In this document: positions 9,703 through 19,607 of the stretch, one piece after another
Position numbering within the stretch: the first letter of the stretch is position 1
Layout of the letters: each line of letters starts with the position of its first letter
Position numbers and translations under genes: made by a program
The notes under the pieces: model-generated
Database searches by the model: none
Seen by the model: only the letters and a program-made list of their open reading frames with translations
What the model was told of the DNA's origin: nothing
Origin: Candidatus Harrisonbacteria bacterium
GTDB taxonomy: Bacteria; Patescibacteriota; Minisyncoccia; UBA6257; 1-14-0-10-40-38
Direction of reading: 5' to 3'
Length of the DNA: 64,000 nt
Assembly: GCA_023245035.1 (NCBI GenBank)
Contig: JAHFLD010000002.1
Location: 131,517-195,516, forward strand

Positions 9703-10056
9703 GAGCGAAGGAGAGACTTGAGTGGTTCTGTCTGCCTTAACGGCAGACTAATGAGTCCCTGTTTCTCTTTCGCTCCCCAGATTAAAGAGGCGAGACTATC
9801 AATCATTTGTTCTTGAAGGGAACTACTCCTTTCATGTTTTGCCTCTCTTGTATTGGTGCGCTGGGTTTGGGGAGACTTCTGGCAGTGTGTTTTTTAACTT
9901 GGCAGCGATTGTTTCACCAAACCCGTTTTTTCTTAGGTTTAAGTGGACTTAGACCGCGCTGTTCCGTATCCGGAACTTTTCTTCGTCTGTTCACTTAAAT
10001 TTTGGCGGACTAACTTATGCGTGTTCGCAAAGAACTACGCGAACGATGTTTGCCAA
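9703..10056 (+). ncRNA. Stem-loop dual-spacer array 1 (5 units), TIGR-like
   Basis: Five hairpins, each ACT-N10-TGT-loop-ACT-N10-TGT, with unique spacers. Confidence 0.85.
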
Positions 10057-10090
10057 GCCCCATTACCGAAAGGTGGTGGGGCATCTTTTA
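10057..10090 (+). terminator. Intrinsic terminator of array 1
   Basis: gccccattacc-gaaa-ggtggtggggc followed by T-rich tail. Confidence 0.8.
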
Positions 10091-10215
10091 TATAAAGAGA
10101 ACCTACTCATTTGGCGCATTTCTGCCTACGGCAGAAATGAGTTTCTGGAAACCTGCTAAAAAAAGAGAACGCCGGGGGATTTTGTTGAGCGGGGTTTTCT
10201 GCTACCTTTAGTTGT

Positions 10216-11607
10216 ATGCGGATTTTAACGGAGGAGATTCCGAAATATGTTGGTCAAGAGGTGGAGCTGATGGGCTGGGTGCGCGCCAGACGCGATCACG
10301 GCAAGCTTATTTTTATTGACCTCTGGGATCGAAGCGGAATCGCCCAGGTGGTTTTTTTACCCAAGCCGGTTGAATTGGCCGAGAAGGCCGGTGCTTTGCG
10401 GCCGGAATGGGTTATCAAGCTTACCGGCATAGTTGTGGAGCGGCCGGAGAAGATGCGCAATCCGGAGCTTAAAACCGGCGCGGTGGAGGTAGCCGTTAAG
10501 TCGCTGGAAGTTTTAAATCAATCCGAGACTCCGCCGTTTCCGATTGACGGAGCGGGATACGAAATAGATGAGGAGACACGGCTGAAGTACCGCTATCTGG
10601 ATTTGCGACGAGAACGCTTGCAGAAAAATATCCGCGCCAGGGATCGGATTATTTCTTTTTTCCGCGACTATATGCACCGGCATGATTTTGTGGAAATAGA
10701 AACTCCGATTTTGATGCGCGGAACGCCGGAGGGTTCGCGGGAGTATGTGGTGCCGTCGCGTTTGGATAAGGGCAAGTTTTACGTTTTGCCGCAGTCACCC
10801 CAGCAGTTTAAGCAGTTGGCGATGGTGGCCGGCTTTGAGCGTTATTTTCAAATTGCTCGTTGTTTCCGTGACGAGGATACGAGAGGCGACCGCCAGCCGG
10901 AGTTTACCCAGCTTGATTTTGAAATGTCTTTCGTAACCCAGGAGGATGTTTTGAAATATACCGAGGCGATGTTTTTGGAGCTAGTAGCAAAACTTTATCC
11001 GCAGAAAAAAGTCACCACTACCCCGTTTCCGCGTCTAACTTATGCCGAGTCGGTGGCGAAACACGGTTCGGACAAGCCGGACTTGAGGCAGGATAAAAAT
11101 AATCCGGACGAGCTGGCTTTTGCTTGGATTACCGACTTTCCGATGTTTGAAAAAGATAAGGAGGGAAGAATGACCGCGGCGCATCATCCTTTTTGTTCAA
11201 TCAAAGAGGCGGATATGGATAAGTTTATGAAGGGCGAGGATTTGTATGCTATTCGCGCCAATTCTTATGACTTGGTTTTGAATGGCTATGAGTTGAGCTC
11301 CGGAAGCATTCGGATTCACCAGGCGGAGGTTCAGGCCAGAGTTTTTGAACTGCTGGGAATTAGCGCCGAAGAACAGCAAAGGCGGTTTGGACACATGCTT
11401 ACGGCTTTCAAGTATGGCACGCCGCCGCACGGCGGTTTTGCGCCGGGAATTGATCGCACTGTGATGTTACTGCAAAACGAACCAAACATCCGTGAGGTTA
11501 TTGCTTTTGCCAAGACTGGCGAGGGACGCGATCCAATGATGGGTGCGCCAGCCGAGATTGACGACAAGCAGTTACGCGAGTTGGGTTTGAAGTTTGAAAA
11601 GAAATAA
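10216..11607 (+). CDS. aspS: Aspartyl-tRNA synthetase (short form)
   Basis: RDHGKLIFIDL, LPQSPQ, FRDED.RGDRQPEFTQ, PPHGG.APGIDR. Confidence 0.96.
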   Translation: MRILTEEIPKYVGQEVELMGWVRARRDHGKLIFIDLWDRSGIAQVVFLPKPVELAEKAGALRPEWVIKLTGIVVERPEKMRNPELKTGAVEVAVKSLEVLNQSETPPFPIDGAGYEIDEETRLKYRYLDLRRERLQKNIRARDRIISFFRDYMHRHDFVEIETPILMRGTPEGSREYVVPSRLDKGKFYVLPQSPQQFKQLAMVAGFERYFQIARCFRDEDTRGDRQPEFTQLDFEMSFVTQEDVLKYTEAMFLELVAKLYPQKKVTTTPFPRLTYAESVAKHGSDKPDLRQDKNNPDELAFAWITDFPMFEKDKEGRMTAAHHPFCSIKEADMDKFMKGEDLYAIRANSYDLVLNGYELSSGSIRIHQAEVQARVFELLGISAEEQQRRFGHMLTAFKYGTPPHGGFAPGIDRTVMLLQNEPNIREVIAFAKTGEGRDPMMGAPAEIDDKQLRELGLKFEKK

Positions 11608-11771
11608 ATTAGAATAGCTGGGCTTGGGCCATTCGGCGGTGTCTTTCTCCGAGGATGACCGCGAATGAATCCGCACGGTTTCGCCACATCTATCTCTCCA
11701 ATTCTTGTGGCGGAATGTTCCAACCCAGGCTTGGGGAATCCCGCGGAGATTCCCCAGCTTTTAATTAAATT

Positions 11772-12251
11772 ATGAATCACCCTAAAGAAGAACGGACTTT
11801 GGTTTTGATGAAACCCGACGCGCTTCAGCGCAACTTGCTTGGTGAGATTGTCGGCCGATTTGAGAAGAAGGGGCTAAAAATAACCGGCTTAAAGATGTTG
11901 CAGATGGGCGAGGTTTTGATTAAGGAGCATTATGGCAAGTATGCCGACAAGGGTTTTTTTGCCGGACTTAAAAAATATATGACGAGCGCTCCAATTGTGG
12001 CGATGGTGGTCTCGGGCGTACGAGCGATTTCGGCCGTGCGGGTGATTGTGGGGCCGACTAAGGGCTACGAAGCGCCGGCCGGAAGCATTCGGGGTGACTT
12101 GTCTATGAGTATTCAGACTAACTTGGTGCATGCTTCGGACCCGAGCGAGGATCCGGAGGCGGAAATCAAGCGATTTTTTAAGCCGGAGGAGCTTTTTGCC
12201 TACAAAAAAATTGACTTTGATTATCTCTACAGCGCGGACGAGCTTGCATAG
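11772..12251 (+). CDS. ndk: Nucleoside diphosphate kinase
   Basis: ERTLVLMKPD, GSIRGD, NLVHASD. Confidence 0.96.
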   Translation: MNHPKEERTLVLMKPDALQRNLLGEIVGRFEKKGLKITGLKMLQMGEVLIKEHYGKYADKGFFAGLKKYMTSAPIVAMVVSGVRAISAVRVIVGPTKGYEAPAGSIRGDLSMSIQTNLVHASDPSEDPEAEIKRFFKPEELFAYKKIDFDYLYSADELA

Positions 12252-12256
12252 AGAGG

Positions 12257-12418
12257 CTCGGACTCTTCTTTTGCGGGGACCGGCTTTGATTTTTTTCCAG
12301 CGAAAAATCAAGCATTCCTCTCGCGCTTCGCAATTCCTAACGGAATACCAAGCTGCGAAGCGCTCCGAGAGCTCCCTCCTGTTCGGCGGGCAGGCCCCGC
12401 ACAAAGAAGAGTCCTCGC
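12257..12418. repeat. ~160-bp palindromic element, family C
   Basis: ggactcttc...gaagagtcc termini; near-identical to 19608-19769. Confidence 0.85.
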
Positions 12419-12581
12419 GGTTGGAATGATAGAAGCCTAGCTCGCGTCGCCTCCGAGAGTTTTCCAAAATACAAGAGTCCTCGCGGTTAGAAATAACTAG
12501 CGTTTGGTTTTTAGGGGCGAGCGATTATGGGGTGAAATTATAAGTGATAACAAAACTTTGTCTTGCGACGTTATACTAAGT

Positions 12582-12702
12582 GATTCCGCTCTGAAGTTCC
12601 GGATCAAAGATTTTACACTAGGGCAGGCGAAGTTCTTTGCGCCGTGGCGCACCAGATGAGCCAGCCCACCTTATTAAAATCCGGGAACTATGGGGCGGAG
12701 TC
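12582..12702 (+). ncRNA. Candidate 6S-like RNA
   Basis: TATACT upstream; long rod with central AU-rich bubble; hairpin and T-run downstream. Confidence 0.45.
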
Positions 12703-12961
12703 GGTTTTTAAAAGAGTCTTATCTTTAAAACTAGCTTTTTATATAGCGACAAAGAAAGTGCCATTTTTGTCGTATTTGGGACCTGCAAATTTGGCGCATT
12801 TCTCCCTGCGGGAGACAGGTTTTTGTTGATGCTAAACCTCCTAGTTTTTTTGTTGACAGAATAATCAGCTTCTGCTACTATCCTTTTGATTCCGTTTGAC
12901 GGCATTATCGTAGTGCCGGACGCGAAGACCGAAGAGTACCTTAAAATTAGCGAGGTTTTTC

Positions 12962-13438
12962 ATGAAGCTTCCGAGTTGGAAGAGTATTATTGCCGGTTTT
13001 GCGGTTCTGTTGATTGGTATAACGCTCGTATTCCTCTTCTTTGATAGCAAGCCGTTCAACGCCGAGACCGAAGCCCCGCAGGTTGAGAGTGAGACTGACT
13101 GGTGTGAAGCGGCTTATCCGAGGATTCAGATCTTGAAGAGCAAGATTGGCGAGGATGAGAATCGTCGAATTGACTACTTGACGAGCGAGAGCTTCCTGCA
13201 AGATATTGACGACCTTCTGCTCGACACGCCGGCTCTAACGACAACGAAACCGGAAAGTCGGCGAACGATGGCTCTGCGATTGGCTTTCGGCGCCGCGCGT
13301 AAGGCACGCTACAATCAGCTCGTGGATGAGTACAATGTGAAGATGAAACATGTTCAGTGGTACTACAGCAAAGGCGGAAGATTGCCGCGAAAGGGTAGTG
13401 AACTCCCGTGGCAGTTGGGCAAGTTGGCTGGTAGCTAG
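12962..13438 (+). CDS. Membrane-anchored hypothetical protein (weak LemA-like RYN..V..YN motif)
   Basis: N-terminal TM helix; terminator hairpin downstream. Confidence 0.65.
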   Translation: MKLPSWKSIIAGFAVLLIGITLVFLFFDSKPFNAETEAPQVESETDWCEAAYPRIQILKSKIGEDENRRIDYLTSESFLQDIDDLLLDTPALTTTKPESRRTMALRLAFGAARKARYNQLVDEYNVKMKHVQWYYSKGGRLPRKGSELPWQLGKLAGS

Positions 13439-13585
13439 AAGTAAAATCCCGATTTTCCGGCGCAACCGGATTCGGGATTTTTTTATGCGCAACTTAAGAA
13501 AGCCACTGGTGCTTTACAATTAGCTCTAGATACTTGCCTTTTAAGCCTAGACCCTTCACCCTAAACCCTATACCCTTACTTAGTT

Positions 13586-15415
13586 ATGACTGAAAATTTT
13601 ATAAGAAATTTTGTTATTATAGCCCACATTGATCACGGTAAGTCTACCTTGGCCGATCGTTTATTGGAGAAGACTGGAACGGTTGAGGCACGATCCATGA
13701 AGCCGCAATATCTTGACCAGTTGGAGCTGGAGCGAGAACGGGGAATTACGATTAAAATGGCGCCGGTTAGGATGCGTTACCGCAGTCTGGCCAACCAGGA
13801 TTATATTTTGAACTTAATTGATACTCCCGGGCATTCGGATTTTGGCTACGAGGTTTCGCGGGCGCTGACCGCGGTTGAGGGGGCGGTTTTGCTGGTTGAT
13901 GCCACACAAGGTATTCAGGCGCAGACTTTGGCTAATTTTGAGGCCGCGCAACGGGCCGGACTTATGATAATTGGCGCGGTTAATAAGATTGACCTGGTGC
14001 AAGGGGAGGCGCTTCAGGCAATAGTTGATGAGACGGCGGATTTTTTGGGAGTTGAGTCATCCGAGATCCTAAAGCTTTCCGGAAAAACTGGAGAGGGCGT
14101 GGATCAACTTTTGGAGCGGATTGTCGCCAAAGTTCCGTCGCCTACGGCTTCGCGAAAGTTTGAACCGAGCGGTTTTGCCCGCGGTCTGGTTTTTGATTCC
14201 CTTTATGACAGCCACAAGGGCGTCTTGGCTTTTGTCCGAGTTTTTGAGGGTTCATTCTCGGCCGAGCATCGCCTGCAACTGGTGGCCACTGCTACTGATT
14301 TTAAGCCAAAAGAGGTCGGTTATTTTCTACCAAAAGTTACGTCGTCAAATATTCTTACCCAGGGCGAGATTGGCTATCTAGCGACCGGTATCAAGGATCC
14401 CGACCGCATCAAAATTGGAGACACAATTACCACAGCCGTTAATGCCGAACGACCAAACGTTGCCTTGCCGGGATACAAGGAGCCAAAGCCGGTGGTCTTT
14501 GTAGCGCTCTACCCAGAAGATGCCAATCAATATGACGATCTTAAATATGCCTTGCAGAAATTGCGTTTAACCGACGCTTCGCTGGCTTTTGAGCCGGATT
14601 CAAGCGAGGTTTTGGGACGCGGGTTTAAAGGCGGTTTTTTGGGACGTCTGCATTTTGAAATTATCGCCGAGCGTTTGGAGCGGGAATTTGCGATTTCCAC
14701 CATCTATAGCTTTCCATCGGTGGCGTATCGGGTGCGGTTGGGAAAAAAAATGGATGGCGATGAGGAGTGGCTAACAATCACCAATCCAAAAGATTTTCCG
14801 GCGGAGGTGGCGGAGGTAGAGGAGCCGGTGGCCAAGATAGAAATTTTGGCGCCGTTAAAATTCGTCAGTCCGATTTTGAGCTTGCGCGATACTTTTCGAT
14901 TTACGGATATCGCGACAATTCCCAAGGGTGGAAAAACTCTGATTACGGCTCGGTTGCCGCTGGCGGATTTGATTCAAGATCTGGATGACACGCTAAAATC
15001 GATTTCGGAGGGGTTCGCCTCGCTTAATTATGAACTTACCGGCTGGCAAAGGGCGGATGTTCAGAAGCTCGAAATTTATGTTGCCAGTAATTACGTGCCG
15101 GGACTGACTCGGATTTTGCCGAAGAAAGATATTGAACGTGAGGCGCGGGCGATGGCCGAAAAGTTAAAGGATTTATTGCCGAAACAGCAGTTTGTTCAGG
15201 CGATTCAAGCCATGGTTGGAGCGCGCGTGGTGGCGCGGGAGACGATCGCGGCGATGAAAAAGGATGTTACCGGATACTTGTATGGCGGAGATAGAACTCG
15301 CAAAATGAAGCTGTGGAAGAAACAGCAGGAAGGGAAAAAGCGGCTAAAGGAGATTGGCTCCAAGAGCCGGATTACGATTTCGGCCACGATGTTTCGGGAG
15401 TTGCTTAAAAAATAA
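13586..15415 (+). CDS. lepA: Elongation factor 4
   Basis: IAHIDHGKSTLADR, LYGGDRTRKMKL. Confidence 0.97.
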   Translation: MTENFIRNFVIIAHIDHGKSTLADRLLEKTGTVEARSMKPQYLDQLELERERGITIKMAPVRMRYRSLANQDYILNLIDTPGHSDFGYEVSRALTAVEGAVLLVDATQGIQAQTLANFEAAQRAGLMIIGAVNKIDLVQGEALQAIVDETADFLGVESSEILKLSGKTGEGVDQLLERIVAKVPSPTASRKFEPSGFARGLVFDSLYDSHKGVLAFVRVFEGSFSAEHRLQLVATATDFKPKEVGYFLPKVTSSNILTQGEIGYLATGIKDPDRIKIGDTITTAVNAERPNVALPGYKEPKPVVFVALYPEDANQYDDLKYALQKLRLTDASLAFEPDSSEVLGRGFKGGFLGRLHFEIIAERLEREFAISTIYSFPSVAYRVRLGKKMDGDEEWLTITNPKDFPAEVAEVEEPVAKIEILAPLKFVSPILSLRDTFRFTDIATIPKGGKTLITARLPLADLIQDLDDTLKSISEGFASLNYELTGWQRADVQKLEIYVASNYVPGLTRILPKKDIEREARAMAEKLKDLLPKQQFVQAIQAMVGARVVARETIAAMKKDVTGYLYGGDRTRKMKLWKKQQEGKKRLKEIGSKSRITISATMFRELLKK

Positions 15416-15475
15416 CCGCCTGTAGAAGACTTCTTGGCGAAATTGAAGTGAATCGGTTATACTTTCTTGAGCATT

Positions 15476-15769
15476 ATGGAAAGAGTAAAAAAGGCATTGA
15501 CCGGCGTCGGTTTGTTGGTGGTGCTGGGGGTCGTTGGAATGCAGATACTGCGCTTAAATGACCAGCGTTTGGTATTTGCCGCTCGTCTCCAAAGACTTGG
15601 CGGCGAGGCTGGCGCTCTGCAGAGCGATAATGCTAAAATTAAAAGCGAGATTGAATACTTTTCAACTCCGGAAAATATTATCAAAGAAGCAAAAGGTCTT
15701 TTTAATTATAAACGTCCCGGAGAAACTTTGACGATCATCGTTCCCGAGACAAAGAAAAAAAATGAATAA
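15476..15769 (+). CDS. Septum formation initiator (FtsB/DivIC-like)
   Basis: TM plus coiled coil plus KEAK..FNYKRPGE. Confidence 0.75.
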   Translation: MERVKKALTGVGLLVVLGVVGMQILRLNDQRLVFAARLQRLGGEAGALQSDNAKIKSEIEYFSTPENIIKEAKGLFNYKRPGETLTIIVPETKKKNE

Positions 15770-16337
15770 ATACTGGGTTGGACTTACTGCGGTTGTTGGC
15801 GGGGCTTTGGTGATTTATGGAATGGTTAGTAATGGTTTCTTTCCGGCGGCGTATGCCGATGGAGAATTTATAAGCATTCGGGCGCAGGAGGCGCAATTGG
15901 CCGCCGCGACAAGTTATTACGATGTAATTATCAAGCAGGCGCCGCCACAGGGAAACACGCCAAAAAGCGTCAAGGAGATTTTGCCGGAAATTCGACGGGG
16001 TGTTACCGAGAAATTAATTGAAAACAGCATTATTCGGCGGCAATTTTTGAAGAAAATTAATGATTCCCAAAAATTAGTTGACGCCAAGGTAAATGATCCG
16101 GCTTTGGATAAAGAGGAGGCGAAGAAGAACATCAAGGCTCTTTATGGAATGGAAGTTCCGGCTTTTAAGCAGATGGTCTTAGTGCCCCAGGCGCGGAAGG
16201 AGTTGCTGGCTGCCAAGGTGGCCGAGGAGAAGTTAAACTTTGATGAGTGGTTAAAGGAGCAAAAAAAGAAGGCGAAAGTTATCGTCTTTCTCAAGGGCTT
16301 AAAGTGGAACGGTACGGAGGTCGTAACAACGAAGTAA
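15762..16337 (+). CDS. SurA N-terminal-like exported protein
   Basis: TM anchor, PAA..DG..I, LIEN, FDEWL...KK.AKV. Confidence 0.65.
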   Translation: MNKYWVGLTAVVGGALVIYGMVSNGFFPAAYADGEFISIRAQEAQLAAATSYYDVIIKQAPPQGNTPKSVKEILPEIRRGVTEKLIENSIIRRQFLKKINDSQKLVDAKVNDPALDKEEAKKNIKALYGMEVPAFKQMVLVPQARKELLAAKVAEEKLNFDEWLKEQKKKAKVIVFLKGLKWNGTEVVTTK

Positions 16338-16392
16338 ATATGGTTATGGGGGCAGATTCGCTGTTGCCAAGGTGATTGCGAATAGCTTGCCC

Positions 16393-16463
16393 GCGGGATT
16401 AGTACAGTGGTAGTACGTTAGCTTCCCAAGCTAAAGACGCGAGTTCGATTCTCGTATCCCGCT
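16393..16463 (+). tRNA. tRNA-Gly(CCC)
   Basis: Cloverleaf, anticodon loop ttcccaa. Confidence 0.93.
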
Positions 16464-16480
16464 CAATAGATATTGTTGTA

Positions 16481-18664
16481 TTATTTTTCCGGCCAGGCGG
16501 ATTCAACGAGGAGGTTTTTTTCGCCAAGCAAGGGCGCGAGACTTTCGGTGATGAAGGGCATAAACGGATGGAGAAGGCGCAGACAGGCTTTAAGGCAATA
16601 ACGCAAAAGATAGCGAGTGTTTTCGGCTTGAGAAGGGTCTTTGAGTTGATTTTTGCTTGCCTCCAGATACTTATCAGCCAGTTCATGCCAAATAAAATCG
16701 TAGATGCCTTGCGCCGCCTCGTTGAAACGAAAGTCCTCTAAATTTTGGGTGACTAACTTGATAGTGGTCTCTAGACTGGCGAGAATCGCCTTGTCCGCCT
16801 CTGTTTCCGATGCGGATTGCTTTTGACTAACTTCGTCCGGAGCATTGGTAAGGACAAAGCGGGCGATGTTCCAGATCTTGTTAGCAAAGTTCTTCATACC
16901 GCGAACTCTAGCCTCATCAAAAGCCATATCGGTTCCGGCGGAGTTGCCGTAGATAAGCGCGAAACGCAGGGCGTCGGTGCCGTATTTTTTGATGATATCC
17001 AAGGGATCAATCACATTGCCCTTGCTCTTGCTCATTTTTTGGCGCTCGGGGTCGCGAACGATGCCGTGAAGATAAACAACGGGAAAGGGAAGCTGACCAA
17101 GGAGCGCGCCAGACATTAGAATCATGCGCGCCACCCAGAAGAAAAGAATGTCATAGCCGGTTTCCAAGAGCGCGTTTGGATGATACTTCTTAAAATCCGG
17201 GGTTTCTTCCGGCCAGCCCAGAGTGGAAAAAGTCCAGAGCGCCGAGGAGAACCAGGTGTCCAAAGTGTCCGGATCTTGAGTCCAACCATCGCCCGAAGGA
17301 GCGGAAATTTCGCAATAAACTTCTTGGTCGCGATACCAGACGGGAATCCGGTGGCCAAAAATAATCTGGCGCGAGATGCACCAGTCTTCTAAATTATCTA
17401 TCCAGTGAAAATAAGTTTTAGCGAAGTGCTCCGGAATGATTTTGACCTGACCGGATTCCACCGTGTGGCGCAATAATTGCTTGAGGGTTATTTTGCTTCC
17501 TGCCTCGAGGCCGCGAATTTCCGAATGTTCGAGAGTGAAGGGGCGATTAACGCCGACAAACCATTGTTCGCGAATCTGCGGCTCAATAACACCGCCGCCG
17601 CGGCTGTTGACCGCGACTCGATGGATATATTTCTCGTCGATCTTTTCTACCAGCCCTTTGGATTCCAGCTTGGCAACGATTAGCTGGCGAGCTTTAGAAA
17701 TATGCTGGCCGGCAAATTCACCGGCAATCGGCAGAAGTTTGCCCTGCAGATCTATAACCGAGTCCTTGTCTAAGGAGTGGCGCTCGGCAATCGCGTAATC
17801 AGCGGCGTCGTGCGCCGGAGTAATTGTCATCACACCGGTGCCAAATTCCATATCCACGGCATCGTCTTTAATAATTGTTGCCGTGATCGGCCCGTTAATC
17901 CACTCCACTTCTATTTTTTGGCCATGTTTATATTTGGCGTAGCGCTCGTCTTTGGGGTGCATGACCACGTACTTGTCGCCGAACTTAGTTTCGGGGCGCG
18001 CGGTGGCGATTACAAACGGTCCATAGCGTAGATAATAGAAGGGGGTGACTTCTTCCCGCCATTCGATTTCTTCATCGGAGACGTTGGTCTGAAGTTTTGG
18101 ATCCCAGTTGACCAGGCGAGTACCGCGGTAAATAAGCCCCATCTTATAGAGGCGGGAAAAGGCGGTGCGGACGGTGAAACTGCGCTTGTCGTCCAGTGTA
18201 TAAGCAAGATGATCCCAATCACAGCTGGCGCCAAGCGTTCGGAGTTGGCTCAAGATGGCGCTTTGTGAATTGGCCGCGTAGTCTTCTACCATTTTCAGAA
18301 AATCCTCGCGGGAAAAATCGCGGCGGGTCTTCTTTTCTTTTTTATACAGCTCGGCTTCCACTTTGGCCTGCGTGGCGATCGCGGCGTGGTCGGTGCCGGG
18401 AATGTAGAGGGTGTCGTAGCCCTGCATTCGCCGAAAACGAATAATAATATCCTGAATGGCGATAGTGAGCGCGTGACCGAGGTGGAGAACGCCGGTGACG
18501 TTGGCCGGTGGGAAGACCACGGCAAAAGGCTTGCCTTTTCCGCGCGGTTTAAAAGCGCCGTCTTTTTGCCAGCGCTCTAAAATCTTTGGTTCATTTAGGG
18601 TCGGATCGTAGGGCTTAAGGAGATCGGAGATGTCCATGATGTTGGCTTTGTTGCTAAATATCAT
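16481..18664 (-). CDS. valS: Valyl-tRNA synthetase (compact)
   Basis: PANVTG.LHLGH, DWCISRQ, DTLDTWFSS, KMSKS. Confidence 0.96.
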   Translation of the reverse strand: MIFSNKANIMDISDLLKPYDPTLNEPKILERWQKDGAFKPRGKGKPFAVVFPPANVTGVLHLGHALTIAIQDIIIRFRRMQGYDTLYIPGTDHAAIATQAKVEAELYKKEKKTRRDFSREDFLKMVEDYAANSQSAILSQLRTLGASCDWDHLAYTLDDKRSFTVRTAFSRLYKMGLIYRGTRLVNWDPKLQTNVSDEEIEWREEVTPFYYLRYGPFVIATARPETKFGDKYVVMHPKDERYAKYKHGQKIEVEWINGPITATIIKDDAVDMEFGTGVMTITPAHDAADYAIAERHSLDKDSVIDLQGKLLPIAGEFAGQHISKARQLIVAKLESKGLVEKIDEKYIHRVAVNSRGGGVIEPQIREQWFVGVNRPFTLEHSEIRGLEAGSKITLKQLLRHTVESGQVKIIPEHFAKTYFHWIDNLEDWCISRQIIFGHRIPVWYRDQEVYCEISAPSGDGWTQDPDTLDTWFSSALWTFSTLGWPEETPDFKKYHPNALLETGYDILFFWVARMILMSGALLGQLPFPVVYLHGIVRDPERQKMSKSKGNVIDPLDIIKKYGTDALRFALIYGNSAGTDMAFDEARVRGMKNFANKIWNIARFVLTNAPDEVSQKQSASETEADKAILASLETTIKLVTQNLEDFRFNEAAQGIYDFIWHELADKYLEASKNQLKDPSQAENTRYLLRYCLKACLRLLHPFMPFITESLAPLLGEKNLLVESAWPEK

Positions 18665-18666
18665 TC

Positions 18667-18742
18667 TGGAGCCACCTCCCGGAGTCGAACCGGGGACCTC
18701 TACTTTACGAAAGTATTGCTCTACCAGCTGAGCTAAGGTGGC
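18667..18742 (-). tRNA. tRNA-Thr(CGT)
   Basis: Cloverleaf, anticodon loop ttcgtaa, encoded CCA. Confidence 0.93.
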
Positions 18743-18851
18743 GAGTGGCTTTTGTCTCGGAGTGCGAACCGGAAAAGTATACCAAGCAAAGACGCCTCAG
18801 GCAAACTCGATATTGTCAAGAAGATGGGTGCGTGGCATACTTTCTATCACT

Positions 18852-19589
18852 ATGTTTCAAGCACTTACTGGAAAATATGACGCTTATCCGGCTCACCTTT
18901 CGATTTATGCCGGAGCCGGTGGCGATGATGCCAAGGATTGGGCCAACATGCTTTTTGCCATGTATGCCAAGTACGCGGCGCGGCGCGGCTGGAAGCTAAC
19001 ACAGACCGATGACCGCGCCATGGAGTTGCGCGGGGAGTTTACCTATGGAACGTTAAAAAAGGAACAAGGAGTCCATCGTTTGGTGCGGATTTCGCCGTTT
19101 TCGTCCAAAAAATTGCGACATACTTCCTTCGCCTTAGTGGAGGTGACGCCGGTCTTGCCCGAGACGCATTTTAGAGATTTTGTGATTCGTCCCGAGGATA
19201 TCAAACTTGAGACTGCCCGCTCGTCGGGACCAGGAGGACAAAACGTGAATAAGCGGGAGACCGCGGTACGCGTGGTTCATATTCCAACCGGCATCGCGGC
19301 GGCCTCGCAGGCCGAGAGATCGCAGGGGCAAAATCGGGAGAAGGCGATGTCGCTTCTAAAATCAAAACTTTTTCAACTTTTAGAGACTAGCGAGAAGAAA
19401 ACTTTGGCTGATTTGCGAACCAAGGTGAAGCCGGAATGGGGCAATCAAATTCGTTCTTATGTTTTACATCCCTACCAATTAGTGAAAGACCATCGGACGG
19501 GAGTGGAGACCGGAAAGGTGGAGGCGGTGTTGGAAGGCGACTTGGATAAGTTTATTGAAGGGGAGTTGGGGACTAGTGGTAGCGTTTAG
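18852..19589 (+). CDS. prfB: Peptide chain release factor 2, N-terminally short
   Basis: [11 protein letters not shown] (SPF), [18 protein letters not shown]. Confidence 0.88.
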   Translation: MFQALTGKYDAYPAHLSIYAGAGGDDAKDWANMLFAMYAKYAARRGWKLTQTDDRAMELRGEFTYGTLKKEQGVHRLVRISPFSSKKLRHTSFALVEVTPVLPETHFRDFVIRPEDIKLETARSSGPGGQNVNKRETAVRVVHIPTGIAAASQAERSQGQNREKAMSLLKSKLFQLLETSEKKTLADLRTKVKPEWGNQIRSYVLHPYQLVKDHRTGVETGKVEAVLEGDLDKFIEGELGTSGSV

Positions 19590-19607
19590 CGTAAAGCGAT
19601 TAGGTGG

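Noticed and set aside
9703-10056. CRISPR array interpretation of the three arrays
   Set aside because: No identical 23-47-nt direct repeats and no cas genes; conservation is limited to structure and 3-5-nt boxes
11889-12467. ORFs over family C repeats (also 19555-19866 and 29765-30223)
   Set aside because: Translations of palindromic repeats or antisense shadows
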